Origin: Gammaproteobacteria bacterium
GTDB taxonomy: Bacteria; Pseudomonadota; Gammaproteobacteria; Steroidobacterales; Rariloculaceae
Direction: 5' to 3'
Assembly (NCBI GenBank): GCA_017577365.2
Contig: PKRJ02000006.1
Location: 2,116 to 66,115 of the forward strand
DNA: 64,000 nt
Part shown: piece by piece, positions 55,813 to 64,000 of the stretch
Numbering within the stretch: position 1 is the stretch's first letter
How the letters are laid out: each line of letters opens with the position of its first letter
Made by a program: the position numbers and the translations under genes
The notes under the pieces: model-generated
What the model was told of the DNA's origin: nothing
Databases searched by the model: none
The model's input: only the letters and a program-made list of their open reading frames with translations

Positions 55813-57248
55813 TCGAGCTGCGGTCGGATGCGGATATCGATGCGTCGATTGCGCTCGCGTCCCTGCGGCGTCTCGTTGTTCGCGATCGGCCGCGTCTCGC
55901 CGTAGCCGATCGCGCTGACGCGAAACGCCTCGACCCCGAGCTCGCTCGTCAGGTGACGGCTGACGGCTTCCGCGCGCTGCCGCGAAAGCACCATGTTCGA
56001 CTCGTCGCCGCCGTACGAGTCGGTGTGACCTTCGATGACGATCTGGGAGTTGGGGAAGACGTCGATCGCCTGCCGAACCTTCTCGAGCAGCGGCCGGTGC
56101 TTGGGATCGATGTCCGCGCGTCCGCTCGCGAACGTGAGGCCGACGAGGCGCACGACGATCTCGTTGCCTTCGCGCGAGACGCGTGCTTCGTCGCGCGTGA
56201 ACATTCTCTCGATCGTGTCGAACTGCTCGCGCACGCGCGTCTCGGCTTCGAGGCGCTGAATCAGCGCGGCCCGTTCCTGCGAAACGCCGCCGAGCCGCTC
56301 GTCGAGCTCGCGGATCTCGTCCTCGAGCTCCGCGATGCGCTGGCGGCTCGACGCGAGGTCGAGCGCGGCCTCGCGCTCGCGCTCGCGCAGATCCTCGATA
56401 TAGGCGACGAGATCCGCGGCGATCGCCTCGATGCCGCGTTCGAGATCCGCGGCCTGGTCCGCGGCCGCGGCGACCTGAATCAACGGCTCCTCGTAGGCGA
56501 GGATCACGTCCTCGAGCTGCCAGCCCTCGTCGCGCATCGTGCGGATCCGCTCAGCGAGATGAATGGCGTGACGCGCTTCGCGATTCGCCTGCTGCGCGAG
56601 GCTGCGCGGCACGTCCGTGTCGTAGCGGTTCTCGTTGAGCTCTCGCTCGGCCTGCGCGAGCAGCTCGCGCGCGCGCGCGAGGGTCTTCGGCGCGTAGCGG
56701 CCGACGCGTGCCTGCTCGGCCTGCGCGAGCAACGCGCGCGTTTGGCTCAAGTACTGCGCTTTGATCGCAGTGAGCTCGGCGTCGCGATAGAGTGCCTCGG
56801 CTTCCTCGGCGCGACCGCGCGCGCCGCGGAGGTCGCCCGCTTCGAGTCGGCGCATCGCGGCCGTGAACGTTTCCTCGGCGCGTCGCCAGAGCTCCGTGGC
56901 GAACGTCTCGGCGCTCGCGTTCATCGCGTCGCCGCGCGTCTTGATCAGCGATGCGAGAGAGATCTTCGCGATCTCCGCGGCTTCGGCGGCCTGCTCGAAC
57001 GCGCGCTCCGCGTCCGCGAGCCTGGCGCGGATGCGCTCCATGTTCCGGCCGCGCTCGAGGTCGGATTCGGCGGCCTCGTAAGCCTCCACACCTCTGCGAA
57101 ACGCGTCGGGCGCGAGGAGCGGCGCTTCCGCTTCCACCGCCGCGGCGCGAGCCGCGTCGGCCTCGGCGAACAGCGTCGTCCGCAAGTCCTGTTGCGCCGC
57201 CGCCGGGACGGCGAGAAGCGCCAAGAAGCACAGGAGGATCCGGGGCAT
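55809..57248 (-). CDS. OmpA-family protein with long N-terminal coiled coil (DUF4398-like)
   Basis: Signal peptide 'MPRILLCFLALLAVPAAA'. About 330 aa of Ala/Glu/Arg-rich helical sequence. OmpA_C domain 'IEGHTDSYGGDESNMVLSRQRAEAV...GYGETRPIA'. Confidence 0.8.
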   Translation of the reverse strand: MPRILLCFLALLAVPAAAQQDLRTTLFAEADAARAAAVEAEAPLLAPDAFRRGVEAYEAAESDLERGRNMERIRARLADAERAFEQAAEAAEIAKISLASLIKTRGDAMNASAETFATELWRRAEETFTAAMRRLEAGDLRGARGRAEEAEALYRDAELTAIKAQYLSQTRALLAQAEQARVGRYAPKTLARARELLAQAERELNENRYDTDVPRSLAQQANREARHAIHLAERIRTMRDEGWQLEDVILAYEEPLIQVAAAADQAADLERGIEAIAADLVAYIEDLREREREAALDLASSRQRIAELEDEIRELDERLGGVSQERAALIQRLEAETRVREQFDTIERMFTRDEARVSREGNEIVVRLVGLTFASGRADIDPKHRPLLEKVRQAIDVFPNSQIVIEGHTDSYGGDESNMVLSRQRAEAVSRHLTSELGVEAFRVSAIGYGETRPIANNETPQGRERNRRIDIRIRPQLD

Positions 57249-57394
57249 CGAGGAAACCCGCGTCGAGAGAAGGCTTCTAGGTAATCGTGCGGGGGAAACG
57301 CTGTCAAGCGGACGGCCCGGGCCGAAAATTCTCGACGTCGATAATGTGCGCACGTTCACAGCAAGAGGCCCTTGCGGCCGCTAAATTGCGCGCC

Positions 57395-57595
57395 ATGGGC
57401 ATCAAGTACTACACGCACTTCATCCTGACGGGTTCGGCTGTGGACGGACACGATCAGGAGTTCAGCGGTGTCGTGGAGGTCAATCAGCCGACCGAGGATC
57501 GCTACGGGGTGAAGGATATCGAGGCGCTACTCGCGCGCAACTTCGACCTGAGCTCGAGCGCGGTTCGTCTGATCGACTGGGCCCGATTGCAGTAG
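57395..57595 (+). CDS. Small hypothetical protein (66 aa)
   Basis: GC3 codon bias is good, and a strong terminator follows immediately. I recognise no domain. Confidence 0.5.
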   Translation: MGIKYYTHFILTGSAVDGHDQEFSGVVEVNQPTEDRYGVKDIEALLARNFDLSSSAVRLIDWARLQ

Positions 57596-57626
57596 CGGTT
57601 GCTTCATCTGTTTCCCCCTGTGTTCG

Positions 57627-57651
57627 CCCGGCCCCGCGCCGGGTTTTTTTT
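57627..57651 (+). terminator. Rho-independent terminator
   Basis: Stem cccggc / gccggg with a 5-nt loop, followed by T8. Confidence 0.7.
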
Positions 57652-57686
57652 GCTCCGCTCTCGGCGCACCGAGCCGTACGCGCCGC

Positions 57687-58181
57687 TCAGTAGCGGATGC
57701 TGACCACGGCGTACCACTTCTCTCCGTGCGGCGTGTGCACGGTGAGCTCGTCGTCGACGGCCTTACCCCGCACCGCGCGTCCGAGCGGCGAATCCATGCT
57801 GACGTAACGCGGGTCGTCGCCGATCTCGTCGGGACCCACGAGCCGATACTCGCGTTTCTGTCCGTGCTCGTCCTCGAGCTCGAACCATGCGCCGAAATAG
57901 ATCCTGCCGGTATCCGCCGGCGGCGAGTCGACGATGGTCATGCCGTCGAGACGCTTGCGCAGAAAGCGGATCCGCCGATCGATCTCGGCGAGCTGCTTCT
58001 TGCCGTAGATGTACTCGGCGTTCTCCGAGCGGTCTCCCTGGGCCGCCGCTTCCGCGACGGCCTTCGTGACCGCCGGGCGCTTGCGCCGCCAGAGCTCGTC
58101 GAGCTCCGCCTTCAGACGCTCCGCGCCCTCCTTCGTGATGAACTTCGACCCCGCGGGGCGAGGGGGGCGATAGCGGCTCAT
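57687..58181 (-). CDS. greB: Transcription elongation factor GreB
   Basis: 'FITKEGAERLKAELDELW..KRP.VTKAV..AAAQGDRSENAEYIYGKK', a C-terminal globular domain, and a basic N-terminal patch. ATG 58181 is the start. Confidence 0.9.
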   Translation of the reverse strand: MSRYRPPRPAGSKFITKEGAERLKAELDELWRRKRPAVTKAVAEAAAQGDRSENAEYIYGKKQLAEIDRRIRFLRKRLDGMTIVDSPPADTGRIYFGAWFELEDEHGQKREYRLVGPDEIGDDPRYVSMDSPLGRAVRGKAVDDELTVHTPHGEKWYAVVSIRY

Positions 58182-58215
58182 ATCGTCGTTTGCGGAACCG
58201 TGAGATACTTGTCGC

Positions 58216-59226
58216 GTGAGCGAAAAGTCTAGCAGGATCGAGGCCGCCCTCCGCGCGATTCCCGTCGTCGTCACCGGGGAGAAGTACCGGACGCCGCAAG
58301 GTTTCACGGCGATCAAGAACGGCGTGAAGCCGCGCGACGAGCGCCGCGAGCTCAAATCGCCGCCGAAGCCGCCGTGGCTCAAGGCGAAGCTACCGTCGGG
58401 CGAGCGCTACGACGCCGTGAAGGCCACCGTTCGCGCTCATCGCCTCGCGACCGTCTGCGAGGAGTCGATGTGCCCGAATATCGGCGAGTGCTGGTCGAAC
58501 GGCACGGCGACGATCATGGTCATGGGATCGGTCTGCACGCGCGCGTGCCAGTTCTGCGCCGTCGATACCGGCAATCCGCGCGGCTGGCTCGATCCGGAGG
58601 AGCCCGAGAACACCGCTCGTACCGTCGAGCTGATGGGGCTCAAGTACGTCGTGCTGACGTCCGTCGACCGCGACGATCTGCCCGACGGCGGCGCGAGTCA
58701 TTTCGCCGCGTGCGTGCGTGCGATCAAGGCGCGATGCCCGGCGACGAAGGTCGAGGCGCTGACGCCCGATTTCTGCGGGCGCCTCGCCGACGTCGAGACG
58801 GTCGTCGATTCGGGGCTCGAGGTCTTCGCGCAGAACGTCGAGACCGTCGAGCGTCTCACGCACGTCGTGCGCGATCCGCGTGCCGGTTACGGCCAGACGC
58901 TGCGCGTCCTCGAGCACGCGAAGCGCCATCGGCCCGACGTGCTGACGAAGACGAGCCTGATGCTCGGCCTCGGCGAGCGCGACGACGAGATCCTGCGCAC
59001 GCTCGACGATCTCGCCGCGATCGGCGTCGACATCGTCACGTTCGGGCAGTACCTCCGGCCGACGCCGAATCACCTTCCGGTCGATCGGTACGTGACGCCC
59101 GAGGAGTTCGCACGCTATCGGGAATGGGGCCTCGAGCGCGGCTTCGTCGAGGTCGTGTCCGGTCCGCTCGTTCGCTCGAGCTACCGGGCGGACCGCGTCT
59201 TCGAGCACAACAACGTCGGACTGTAG
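58216..59226 (+). CDS. lipA: Lipoyl synthase
   Basis: '[15 protein letters not shown]' (auxiliary cluster), '[10 protein letters not shown]' (radical-SAM CxxxCxxC), 'TSVDRDDL' and 'SYRA'. Confidence 0.95.
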   Translation: MSEKSSRIEAALRAIPVVVTGEKYRTPQGFTAIKNGVKPRDERRELKSPPKPPWLKAKLPSGERYDAVKATVRAHRLATVCEESMCPNIGECWSNGTATIMVMGSVCTRACQFCAVDTGNPRGWLDPEEPENTARTVELMGLKYVVLTSVDRDDLPDGGASHFAACVRAIKARCPATKVEALTPDFCGRLADVETVVDSGLEVFAQNVETVERLTHVVRDPRAGYGQTLRVLEHAKRHRPDVLTKTSLMLGLGERDDEILRTLDDLAAIGVDIVTFGQYLRPTPNHLPVDRYVTPEEFARYREWGLERGFVEVVSGPLVRSSYRADRVFEHNNVGL

Positions 59227-60200
59227 TGGGCGAGCTCTTCGGCGAATACGCGCTCTTCGTCGCGCAGCTCATCACGATCCTCGCCTTGTTGCTGCTCGCG
59301 GGCTCCGCGCTCGTCGCGCTCGGCCGGCGCAGCGAGCCGACGGACGCGATCGTCGTCCGACACCTGAACCGCGAGCTCGAGAAGCAGGCCGACGTGCTCC
59401 GGCGCGCCGTGCACGGCAAGGCCGGGTTCAAGAAGCTCGTGAAGGAACGTCGCGCGCGAGACCGCAAGAAGGCGCGCGACATCGACGCGAAGCCGCGCGT
59501 CTTCGTCATCGATTTCAAGGGCGATCTGCGCGCGAGCGCGGCCGCGTCGCTGCGGCACGAGGTCTCGGCGGTGCTCGCCGTCGCGACCGAGAAGGACAAG
59601 GTGCTCGTGCGGCTCGAGAACTCGGGCGGCACCGTGCATGACCACGGCTTCGCGGCGTCGCAGCTCGAGCGGATCAAGCGGCGCGGCATTCCGCTGATCG
59701 TCGCCGTCGACAAGGTCGCCGCGAGCGGCGGGTATCTCATGGCATGCGTCGCGGACCGGATCATCGCCGCGCCGTTCGCGGTCGTCGGCTCGATCGGCGT
59801 GCTGGTGCAGCTGCCGAACTTCAATCGGCTGCTCGAGGGCAAGGGCATCGACTTCGAGCAGGTTTCCGCTGGCCGTTACAAGCGCACGTTGACGATGTTC
59901 GGCAAGAACACCGACGAGGCGCGCGAGAAAATGAAGGAGGAGCTCGAAGAGGTTCACGAGCTCTTCAAGCGCCAGGTCGCGGAGCACAGGCCCCAGGTCG
60001 ATATCGAGCAAGTGTCGACCGGCGAGCATTGGTACGGCGCGAACGCGCTCGAGCGGAAGCTCGTCGACGAGATCGCGTCGAGCGACGACTGGCTGCTCGA
60101 GGCGGCGAAGGAGCACGAGATCTATCTCGTGACGTACAAGCGGCGGCGCCATCTGCTCGAGCGGGTATTGGGCAGCGCCGAGATGCTGCTCTCGCGCTGA
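59226..60200 (+). CDS. sohB: Peptidase S49 family protease SohB
   Basis: An N-terminal TM, then 'VFVIDFKGDL.ASA', 'VAASGGYLMACVADRI.AAPFA..GSIGV' and 'AGRYKRTLT.FG'. The GTG start shares one base with the lipA TAG. Confidence 0.85.
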   Translation: MGELFGEYALFVAQLITILALLLLAGSALVALGRRSEPTDAIVVRHLNRELEKQADVLRRAVHGKAGFKKLVKERRARDRKKARDIDAKPRVFVIDFKGDLRASAAASLRHEVSAVLAVATEKDKVLVRLENSGGTVHDHGFAASQLERIKRRGIPLIVAVDKVAASGGYLMACVADRIIAAPFAVVGSIGVLVQLPNFNRLLEGKGIDFEQVSAGRYKRTLTMFGKNTDEAREKMKEELEEVHELFKRQVAEHRPQVDIEQVSTGEHWYGANALERKLVDEIASSDDWLLEAAKEHEIYLVTYKRRRHLLERVLGSAEMLLSR

Positions 60201-60283
60201 TCGCGGGCGCGTCCTTTCCGCAAAGCGTCGGCGTTGGGCGTCGTCTGTTCCTGACGGCGGAAAGACCGGTATACTCCGCGCCG

Positions 60284-61411
60284 ATGGCGGCGCAAAGAAA
60301 AGTTCTCCTGTCGATAGCAATCACGTCGTTCGCGTCGCTTGCCGCCGGTTGCGTTTTCGTCGTTCCGGAAGACCAGCTTGCGGGACAGTTCGCCGCCGCG
60401 GAGACTCTCGGTCCGCGTCACGACGCAGAGCGTCTGCCGCCGCTCGAGACGCGCCGCTTCGAGAACGTTGCCGAATCCACCGAGATCGTCGGCGACGTGC
60501 AGGTCATCTTCGCTCGTTACGAGAATACGTTCGCGAAGATCGCGCGCGCGTACGACATCGGTTACAACGCGCTGCGCCGCGCGAATCCGGGGGTCGACGA
60601 CTGGCTGCCCGGCGAAGGCACGCCGATCTACCTGCCGACGAGCTCGATTCTGCCGTCCGCGCCGCGCGAAGGGATTCTGATCAATCTGCCGGCGATGCGT
60701 CTTTACCATTTCGAGCCTGCGCGCGATAGCGACGAAGGCGAGCGCGAGGTGACGATCACGATGCATCCAATCGGCATCGGACGCGAGGGCTGGTCGACGC
60801 CGACGGGCGAGGCGACGGTCACGGAGAAGCTCGTCGACCCGACGTGGTATCCGTCGGAGGCCGTGCGTCGGGATCATGCCGAGCGCGGCGAGCCGCTGCC
60901 CGCGGTCGTGCCGCCCGGCCCCGACAACCCGCTCGGCCGCCACGCGATGCTGCTGTCGATACCGGGCTATCTGATCCACGGCACGAACAAGCCGTCCGGC
61001 GTCGGGATGCGGGTCAGCGCCGGCTGCATCCGGATGTATCCCGAGGACATCGAGGCGCTGTTCGGGCGCGTGCCGCGCGGGACGAAGGTGCGTATCGTCA
61101 ATGAGCCGGTGCTCGCCGGCTGGCGCGACGGAGAGCTCTATCTGGAGGTTCACCCGCCGCTCGACGAGGACGAGCGCGACCTCATGGAGGAGGCGTCGCG
61201 GGTCATCGCCGCGGCGCTCGAGCGTGCCGGCCAGGCCGGCGTCGAGCTCGATGCGGCGGCGATCCAACGTGTCGTCGACGAGCGGCGCGGAATCCCGTTC
61301 CCGATCGGCGTCGCGTCGCGCTCGCCCGCCGAATACCTCGCGGCCGCGCGCGTCGTCGTCAATACCGTCGACGAGCCTCGACCCGAGACCGCGGCGGCGC
61401 TCGATCAATGA
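60284..61411 (+). CDS. L,D-transpeptidase (YkuD domain) with LysM domain, lipoprotein
   Basis: Lipobox 'LAAGC', LysM-like 'FAKIARAYDIGYNALRRANPGV', and YkuD catalytic 'LIHGTNKPSGVGMRVSAGCIRM'. Confidence 0.9.
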   Translation: MAAQRKVLLSIAITSFASLAAGCVFVVPEDQLAGQFAAAETLGPRHDAERLPPLETRRFENVAESTEIVGDVQVIFARYENTFAKIARAYDIGYNALRRANPGVDDWLPGEGTPIYLPTSSILPSAPREGILINLPAMRLYHFEPARDSDEGEREVTITMHPIGIGREGWSTPTGEATVTEKLVDPTWYPSEAVRRDHAERGEPLPAVVPPGPDNPLGRHAMLLSIPGYLIHGTNKPSGVGMRVSAGCIRMYPEDIEALFGRVPRGTKVRIVNEPVLAGWRDGELYLEVHPPLDEDERDLMEEASRVIAAALERAGQAGVELDAAAIQRVVDERRGIPFPIGVASRSPAEYLAAARVVVNTVDEPRPETAAALDQ

Positions 61412-62871
61412 CCGTCGTCGCCTTCATCGGCAGAACGGAGCGCGGCCCCGTCGATCGGGCCGTGCCCGTTACGAGCTTCGACGAGTACTGCCGGATATTC
61501 GGGGGACACACGCCTCTCGGTTTCGTTTCGTACGCGGTTCAGCATTTCTTCCTGCACGGCGGCGAGAACGCGGTCGTCGTGCGGCTCACGAACGGCGCGA
61601 CGCCGGGCTCGATCGACGTCCCGGCCGGCGACGGTCTGTTGCGGCTCGTCGCACGGCGGCCGGGCAGCCGCGAGCACCTGCGCGTCTCCGTCGATTACCA
61701 GGGCGTCGAGCATTCTTCCGACCGCTTCAACCTCGTCGTGCAGCGGGTCGCCGGGCCGGGGTCTCAGCTCGTCGAGGATCAGGAGCTCTATCCCGCGCTG
61801 TCGCTCGACCCGGCGGATCCGCGCTTCGTCGTCGACGCGCTGCGGGAATCGGAGCTCGTGCGCCTCGTCGGTCCGCTTCCGAGCTGCCGGCCGGACGCGA
61901 CGCCGCCCAAGTTTCCGGGAGAGCCGTTCCGATACGTCGACATGTCGACCGCCGGCACGGACGGCGACGAGCTGACCGATTACGACATCGTCGGCTCGAA
62001 AGACGAAGGCACCGGGCTTTTCGCGCTCGATCGCGTCGCGAGGATCGACATCCTGTGCGTGCCGGCGCCGCCGCAGCGCGATTTCGGCACGACGGCGCTG
62101 ATCGCCGCCGAGCGTTATTGCCGACGCAGAAGAGCGTTGTTGGTCTGGGATCCGCCGTCGGCCTGGCCGACGAGCGATTCGGCGGTGATCGGCATGCGCT
62201 CGATCGGCTTCGCGAGCACGAACGCGATGACGTATTTCCCGCGGCTTCGCCCGCGCGGGCGATTCGGCGACTTTCCGCCGGGCATGCCGGCCTGCGGCGC
62301 GCTCGCGGGGCTGTTCGCGAGCGGCGATAAGGAGCGCGGTCATCCGGGCGGGCCCGTCGGCGCGTTGAAGGCGAGCTTCTCGACGCTCTGCGATCTCGGC
62401 GAGCGCGAAGCGACGAGGCTTCTCCGTTTCGGCGTGAATCCGCTGATGCGCATCGCCGGCGGCGCGGTCGTGCTCGACGGGAACGTTTGCCTCGCGCCCG
62501 AGGACGGCCGCGACGCTTTCGCGCGCCGTCTCGATTTCAGCCGCGCGACGCTGCACGTGCTCGATACCCTCGAGCGCGTCGCGCAACGGTCTTCCGATTC
62601 GCTGGGCGAGCCCGGCGCCGCCGACCGTTACGCGCAAGAGGTTCGCGCGAAGCTCGCGGAGCTCCACGCGAGCGGCGTCCTCGCGGGTCGGCATCAGACC
62701 GAGGCCTACTTCGTGCGCATCGTCGCGAGCGGTCCGGAAGCGATCGTGATTCGCGTCGGCGTCGCGATCGCGGGACCCGGCTGCTTCAGGACCTACGATC
62801 TCGAGCTCGGCCGCACGGGGCTCGCGGTGCGCGAAGTGCCGCCGCTCGACGGCGAGCAGCTCGTCGGCTGA
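61408..62871 (+). CDS. Phage-tail/eCIS contractile sheath homologue, orphan and lacking the usual N-terminal segment
   Basis: 'VVAFIGRTERGPVDRAVPVTSFDEYCRIFGG', 'FFLHGGENAVVVRL', 'FNLVV', 'LSLDPADPRFV', 'GTGLFALDRV.RIDILCVPA' and 'YFPRL' follow the sheath family order as I remember it. The ATG overlaps the ldt stop (ATGA). Confidence 0.7.
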   Translation: MTVVAFIGRTERGPVDRAVPVTSFDEYCRIFGGHTPLGFVSYAVQHFFLHGGENAVVVRLTNGATPGSIDVPAGDGLLRLVARRPGSREHLRVSVDYQGVEHSSDRFNLVVQRVAGPGSQLVEDQELYPALSLDPADPRFVVDALRESELVRLVGPLPSCRPDATPPKFPGEPFRYVDMSTAGTDGDELTDYDIVGSKDEGTGLFALDRVARIDILCVPAPPQRDFGTTALIAAERYCRRRRALLVWDPPSAWPTSDSAVIGMRSIGFASTNAMTYFPRLRPRGRFGDFPPGMPACGALAGLFASGDKERGHPGGPVGALKASFSTLCDLGEREATRLLRFGVNPLMRIAGGAVVLDGNVCLAPEDGRDAFARRLDFSRATLHVLDTLERVAQRSSDSLGEPGAADRYAQEVRAKLAELHASGVLAGRHQTEAYFVRIVASGPEAIVIRVGVAIAGPGCFRTYDLELGRTGLAVREVPPLDGEQLVG

Positions 62872-62887
62872 AGTCGCTCGAGGCCGC

Positions 62888-64000
62888 TCAAGGCGCGCCG
62901 TATCCGCCGCCGCCGGGCGTCTCGATGACGAAGCGGTCGCCGGCCTCGACGGCGATCGACGCGACCGGCCCGAGCTCGACGATCTCTCCGTTGTGCCGCA
63001 CGACGTAGTTGCGGCCCGGCGCACCGTCGCCGCCGCCGGCCAGGCCGAAGGGCACGGTGCGCCTGCGATTCGACAGGATCGCCGCGTGCATCGGCGCCAA
63101 GAACTCGATCTCGCGAACGACGCCGTCGCCGCCGCGATGCCGTCCCGAGCCGCCCGAGCCTCGTCGGATCTCGAAGCGGCGCACGCGCACCGGATAACGC
63201 GACTCGAGCACCTCGGGGTCCGTGAGGCGCGAGTTCGTCATGTGCGTGTGCACGGCGCTCGCGCCGTCGAACGCCGGGCCCGCGCCGGCGCCGCCGCAGA
63301 GCGTCTCGTAGTACTGGAGCGCCGCGTTGCCGAACGTGAAGTTGTTCATCGTGCCTTGAGACGCAGCGGCCGCACCGAGCGCGGCGAGGAGCGCGTCCGC
63401 GATGCATTGCGACGTCTCGACGTTGCCGGCGACGACCGCCGCCGGATAGCGCGGATCGACGAGGCTGTCCCGCGGCAACAGGATCGTCAACGGCTTCAAG
63501 CACCCGGCGTTGAGCGGGATATGCTCGCGCACGAGAGCTCGGAACACGTACAGAACGACCGCGCGCGCGATCGCGGGCGGCGCGTTCAGGTTCGACGCGC
63601 TCGTCGGCGACGTGCCCGCGAAATCGATCACGGCCTCGCGGCGCTCGCGGTCGATACGCACCGCGACGCTGATCCGTTCGCCGCCGTCGAGCTCGACCGT
63701 GCGCTCGCCGTCGGAGAGCCTTGCGATCGCGTCGCGAACGCACGCCTCGGCATTCTGCTTCACGTGGCCCATGTACGCGTGGACGACGCCGCGTCCGTAG
63801 CGGGCGACGAGCTCGCCGAGCAGCTCGACGCCGCGTGCGTTCGCCGCGAGCTGCGCCTTGAGATCGGCGATGTTCTGCTCGGGATTGCGCGCGGGATACG
63901 GTCCGCTCGCAAGCACCGAGCGCACGTCGTCCTCGAGGAAGCGGCCGCCCGAGACGATGCGCATGCCTTCGATCAGCACGCCCTCGTCGTCGATCGTGCG
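62888..64000 (-). CDS. Hydantoinase B/oxoprolinase family protein, C-terminal part (5' end beyond the window)
   Basis: '[18 protein letters not shown]', 'NLNAP.AI..A.VLYVFR', 'NAGCLKP', '[11 protein letters not shown]', 'GTMNNFTFG' and '[19 protein letters not shown]'. The frame stays open to nt 64000. Confidence 0.9.
   Translation of the reverse strand, partial: RTIDDEGVLIEGMRIVSGGRFLEDDVRSVLASGPYPARNPEQNIADLKAQLAANARGVELLGELVARYGRGVVHAYMGHVKQNAEACVRDAIARLSDGERTVELDGGERISVAVRIDRERREAVIDFAGTSPTSASNLNAPPAIARAVVLYVFRALVREHIPLNAGCLKPLTILLPRDSLVDPRYPAAVVAGNVETSQCIADALLAALGAAAASQGTMNNFTFGNAALQYYETLCGGAGAGPAFDGASAVHTHMTNSRLTDPEVLESRYPVRVRRFEIRRGSGGSGRHRGGDGVVREIEFLAPMHAAILSNRRRTVPFGLAGGGDGAPGRNYVVRHNGEIVELGPVASIAVEAGDRFVIETPGGGGYGAP

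Noticed and set aside
61405-63024. 539-aa minus-strand ORF opposite the sheath-like gene
   Set aside because: It is Arg/Ala-rich and low-complexity. The plus-strand frame carries ordered sheath-family blocks and better codon bias.
1-64000. Window-wide look for CRISPR arrays, tRNA/rRNA genes, IS elements, integrases, prophage blocks and toxin-antitoxin or restriction-type defence genes
   Set aside because: None were recognisable by eye. The only phage-related element is the isolated sheath-like gene. No flanking direct repeats or integrase suggest a mobile island.

Overview
This is a very GC-rich proteobacterial chromosomal segment; its gene content suggests an aerobic gammaproteobacterium-like organism. 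A strong GC3 bias produces many long antisense or out-of-frame shadow ORFs. The window is densely coding, with about 58 protein genes I can support. I saw no rRNA, tRNA, CRISPR array, transposase or integrase.

Gene order, left to right:
- 3' part of a TonB-dependent receptor, then a DUF6152-like protein and a secreted partner.
- A LysR regulator / OYE reductase pair, an MmcQ-like gene, relA and an AraC regulator.
- An exported enzyme cluster: Tat-signal aldo-keto reductase, Tat-signal carotenoid-cleavage-type dioxygenase, three paralogous NTF2/SnoaL modules in two genes, and a PQQ sugar dehydrogenase.
- dacB, slyD, yhhQ, rlmJ and an entericidin-like lipoprotein.
- A response-regulator diguanylate cyclase, an OprO/P-like porin and an S9 peptidase.
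- A creatininase-family gene, a bicupin and an EEP nuclease/phosphatase.
- An acyl-CoA ligase plus a family III CoA-transferase.
- A p-cresol-methylhydroxylase-like flavoprotein/cytochrome c operon with an extra Tat-signal protein.
- TauE, a TorF-like porin, and SulP plus beta-carbonic anhydrase with a divergent LysR regulator.
- A beta-propeller lipoprotein, a PEP-CTERM gene remnant and a penicillin/AHL-acylase-family hydrolase.
- A PDZ protein and a complete MoxR-DUF58-DUF4381-VWA-VWA/TPR-BatD (Bat-like) operon.
- A GGDEF protein, gloA, an alpha/beta hydrolase and an OmpA-family coiled-coil protein.
- greB, lipA, sohB and a LysM-YkuD L,D-transpeptidase.
- An orphan contractile-sheath homologue, then a hydantoinase B/oxoprolinase fragment.

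Most worth a second look:
1. The orphan sheath homologue lacks its N-terminal segment, and its ATG overlaps the transpeptidase stop codon.
2. The dioxygenase / aldo-keto reductase / NTF2 cluster appears entirely extracytoplasmic, and the NTF2 module is triplicated with a conserved PFH[YF]xNPV[ST]G tail.
3. The flavocytochrome operon contains a possible Tat carrier protein.
4. The PEP-CTERM remnant sits behind an SD + ATG + G7 tract.

All functional calls come from reading motifs by eye in the supplied translations. No searches were run.
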